NCBI GenBank assembly: GCA_963727775.1
Contig: CAVSHB010000004.1
Location: forward strand, 288,001-352,000
Reading direction: 5' to 3'
Source: an uncultured Nitrospiraceae bacterium
GTDB taxonomy: Bacteria > Nitrospirota > Thermodesulfovibrionia > Thermodesulfovibrionales > SM23-35
DNA length: 64,000 nucleotides
In this document: one piece after another, positions 62,508 through 64,000 of the stretch
Numbering within the stretch: position 1 is the stretch's first letter
Layout: every line of letters begins with the position of its first letter
Made by a program: the position numbers and the translations under genes
Notes under the pieces: generated by a model
The model's database searches: none
Seen by the model: only the letters and a program-made list of their open reading frames with translations
What the model was told of the DNA's origin: nothing

Positions 62508-63197
62508 TTAAGAGATCCCGCCGTCGACCATCCTGAGGCTTCTGTGACAACGGTTCGACAAAGATTCGTTGTGGGTAACAATGATAAATGTGATTTGTTT
62601 ATCTCTATTCAGATCAACAAAGATATTAAAAAGTTCTTCTCCGGTTTTTGTATCCAGGTTGCCTGTAGGTTCGTCCGCAAGGACTACTTTCGGTTCGAGT
62701 ATCAGCGCCCTTGCAACCGCAACGCGCTGCTGTTCCCCGCCGGAAAGCTCGCCGGGCCTGTGTTTCTTCCTTTCGGACAGCCCCATCCCGTTGAGAAGAT
62801 ATTCCGCTTTATTCTTAATTTCCCCATAACTCAGCCCTTTGGACCCCTGCCCCTTTGTACCCATTCCGATGAGTCCCGGCATCATAACATTCTCCAAAGC
62901 GGAAAATTCGGGGAGAAGATGATGAAACTGAAACACAAAACCTATAGTTGTATTTCTGAAAGAAGCAAGTGAATTTCTGTCAAGTGAAAAAACGTCTGTG
63001 CCGCCGTAGAAAACATTGCCGGACGTTGGTTTGTCCAGCGCCCCGAGTATATGCAGCAGCGTGCTTTTCCCAACCCCCGACGCGCCTATTATTCCGACCA
63101 TTTCGCCTGCTTTTATCGATAGGTCTATACCCCTTAATACATGGATATCACCTGCGTCGGTACGAAATAATTTCTTAAGGTCTTTTATTTCAATCAT
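62508..63197 (-). CDS. lolD: Lipoprotein-release ABC ATPase
   Basis: GASGVGKST, GFVFQFHHLL, LSGGEQQR, DEPTGNLD. Confidence 0.9.
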   Translation of the reverse strand: MIEIKDLKKLFRTDAGDIHVLRGIDLSIKAGEMVGIIGASGVGKSTLLHILGALDKPTSGNVFYGGTDVFSLDRNSLASFRNTTIGFVFQFHHLLPEFSALENVMMPGLIGMGTKGQGSKGLSYGEIKNKAEYLLNGMGLSERKKHRPGELSGGEQQRVAVARALILEPKVVLADEPTGNLDTKTGEELFNIFVDLNRDKQITFIIVTHNESLSNRCHRSLRMVDGGIS

Positions 63198-63260
63198 ATC
63201 CCTTAACCTAAAAAATACATTCGAAATAATGCAGGTATTGTGACGGCTGTGTTATTTGTA

Positions 63261-63557
63261 TCAATGGGATTTCTCTTCCTTTTCTTTTGATCCGGTAATA
63301 TCCTTTATTTTTTCACCGGTCTTCCTGATGCCTTCGCTCACTTTCGTTGTCGTATCTTTTATGTCTTCTGTCTTCTCTTTTATCCTGTCCGCCTCTTTAC
63401 CTAATTCTTCGCTCTTCTTTTTGGCGACTTCTCCCGCCTGTTCCGATTTCTTTCCCAGCCATCTGAAGGGCTTTCCTCCCTGCCAGAATGAAAGGACGAG
63501 AAAAATAATTGCCGCAATGACGGCAAGGCCGATTAATTTTCTAATAAGCCTGAACAT
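63261..63557 (-). CDS. Membrane-anchored hypothetical protein
   Basis: N-terminal TM helix, Lys/Glu-rich helical tail. Confidence 0.75.
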   Translation of the reverse strand: MFRLIRKLIGLAVIAAIIFLVLSFWQGGKPFRWLGKKSEQAGEVAKKKSEELGKEADRIKEKTEDIKDTTTKVSEGIRKTGEKIKDITGSKEKEEKSH

Positions 63558-63580
63558 TGTTTGTTAATTCTTCCACTACC

Positions 63581-64000
63581 CTACTCATAACGCAGCGGCT
63601 CCACCGGATTGAGTTTTGCCGCCTGCCATGAGGGGTAAATAGTAGCAAGGAAACTAATTGTGATAGCAGAAAAAGACACAGTCAGGAAATCAGAGAACTT
63701 TGTCTTAACCGGCAAGTGGCTCAGATAATAAACATCGGCGGGAAGTTTAATGATCTCATAAGTATTAAGGATATAGCATAACAGGTAGCCGCCGGTCACT
63801 CCGATTATAGTGCCTAAGACCCCGATCAGTAAACCCTGCATCATGAAAATCGCCATTATGCCCTTGTCGGTTGCGCCCATCGCCTTTAAGATTGCGATCT
63901 CTCTTTTTTTCTCAATGACGTTCATTATCAACGTGCTCACTATATTGAATGACGCAACAAGGATTATAAGAATTAATATAATAAACATGGCAAACTTTTC
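63581..64000 (-). CDS. LolC/E-family permease, 3' part
   Basis: FNIVSTL.M.V.EK.REIAILKAMG, YP...A..L.P.E.LRYE; runs off window. Confidence 0.9.
   Translation of the reverse strand, partial: EKFAMFIILILIILVASFNIVSTLIMNVIEKKREIAILKAMGATDKGIMAIFMMQGLLIGVLGTIIGVTGGYLLCYILNTYEIIKLPADVYYLSHLPVKTKFSDFLTVSFSAITISFLATIYPSWQAAKLNPVEPLRYE

Noticed and set aside
62451..62510. Half-palindromes GAAGACCTCGGAA and AACCTTCCAGGTTTT resembling REP-like units
   Set aside because: Partner arms are missing or degenerate and there is one copy of each in the window
1..64000. CRISPR array, rRNA or complete tRNA gene
   Set aside because: No regularly spaced repeats, rRNA motifs or full cloverleaf seen by eye

Overview
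Bacterial chromosomal window; gene content and order suggest an anaerobic Nitrospirota (Thermodesulfovibrionia-like) host, which is an inference. Positions 1-6.6 kb are the right end of a tyrosine-integrase element (DUF5659-like, winged-helix, HTH, Xis, Int) interrupted by a complete IS1634. The element abuts only the 5' half of a tRNA-Leu(UAG), cut at the anticodon loop, with its promoter intact. The rest is mostly housekeeping genes: tatAB, a RpoD-like sigma factor, argDF, rpsP-khpA-trmD-rplS-rnhB without rimM, a NikMNQO-type ECF transporter, thrS-infC-rpmI-rplT-pheS, a separated pheT, def-fmt-rpe, nadA, cobalamin riboswitch-btuB-tonB, nagZ, 6S RNA-rny-ymdB, tpiA-secG, trpB2 and lolD/lolCE. 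It also holds an IS1202-family IS with a 16-bp target duplication, an IS200-type IS, a BrnTA pair and a decayed restriction-modification/PIN toxin-antitoxin islet. Main unexplained signals: (i) the half-tRNA attachment site; (ii) thrS apparently starting at ATT directly upstream of an ATA-start infC; (iii) about a dozen apparently leaderless genes; (iv) a tandem-hairpin attenuator in front of the Ni/Co uptake operon; (v) structured non-coding segments upstream of rny and between btuB and tonB. All family assignments come from motif recognition by eye; no searches were run.
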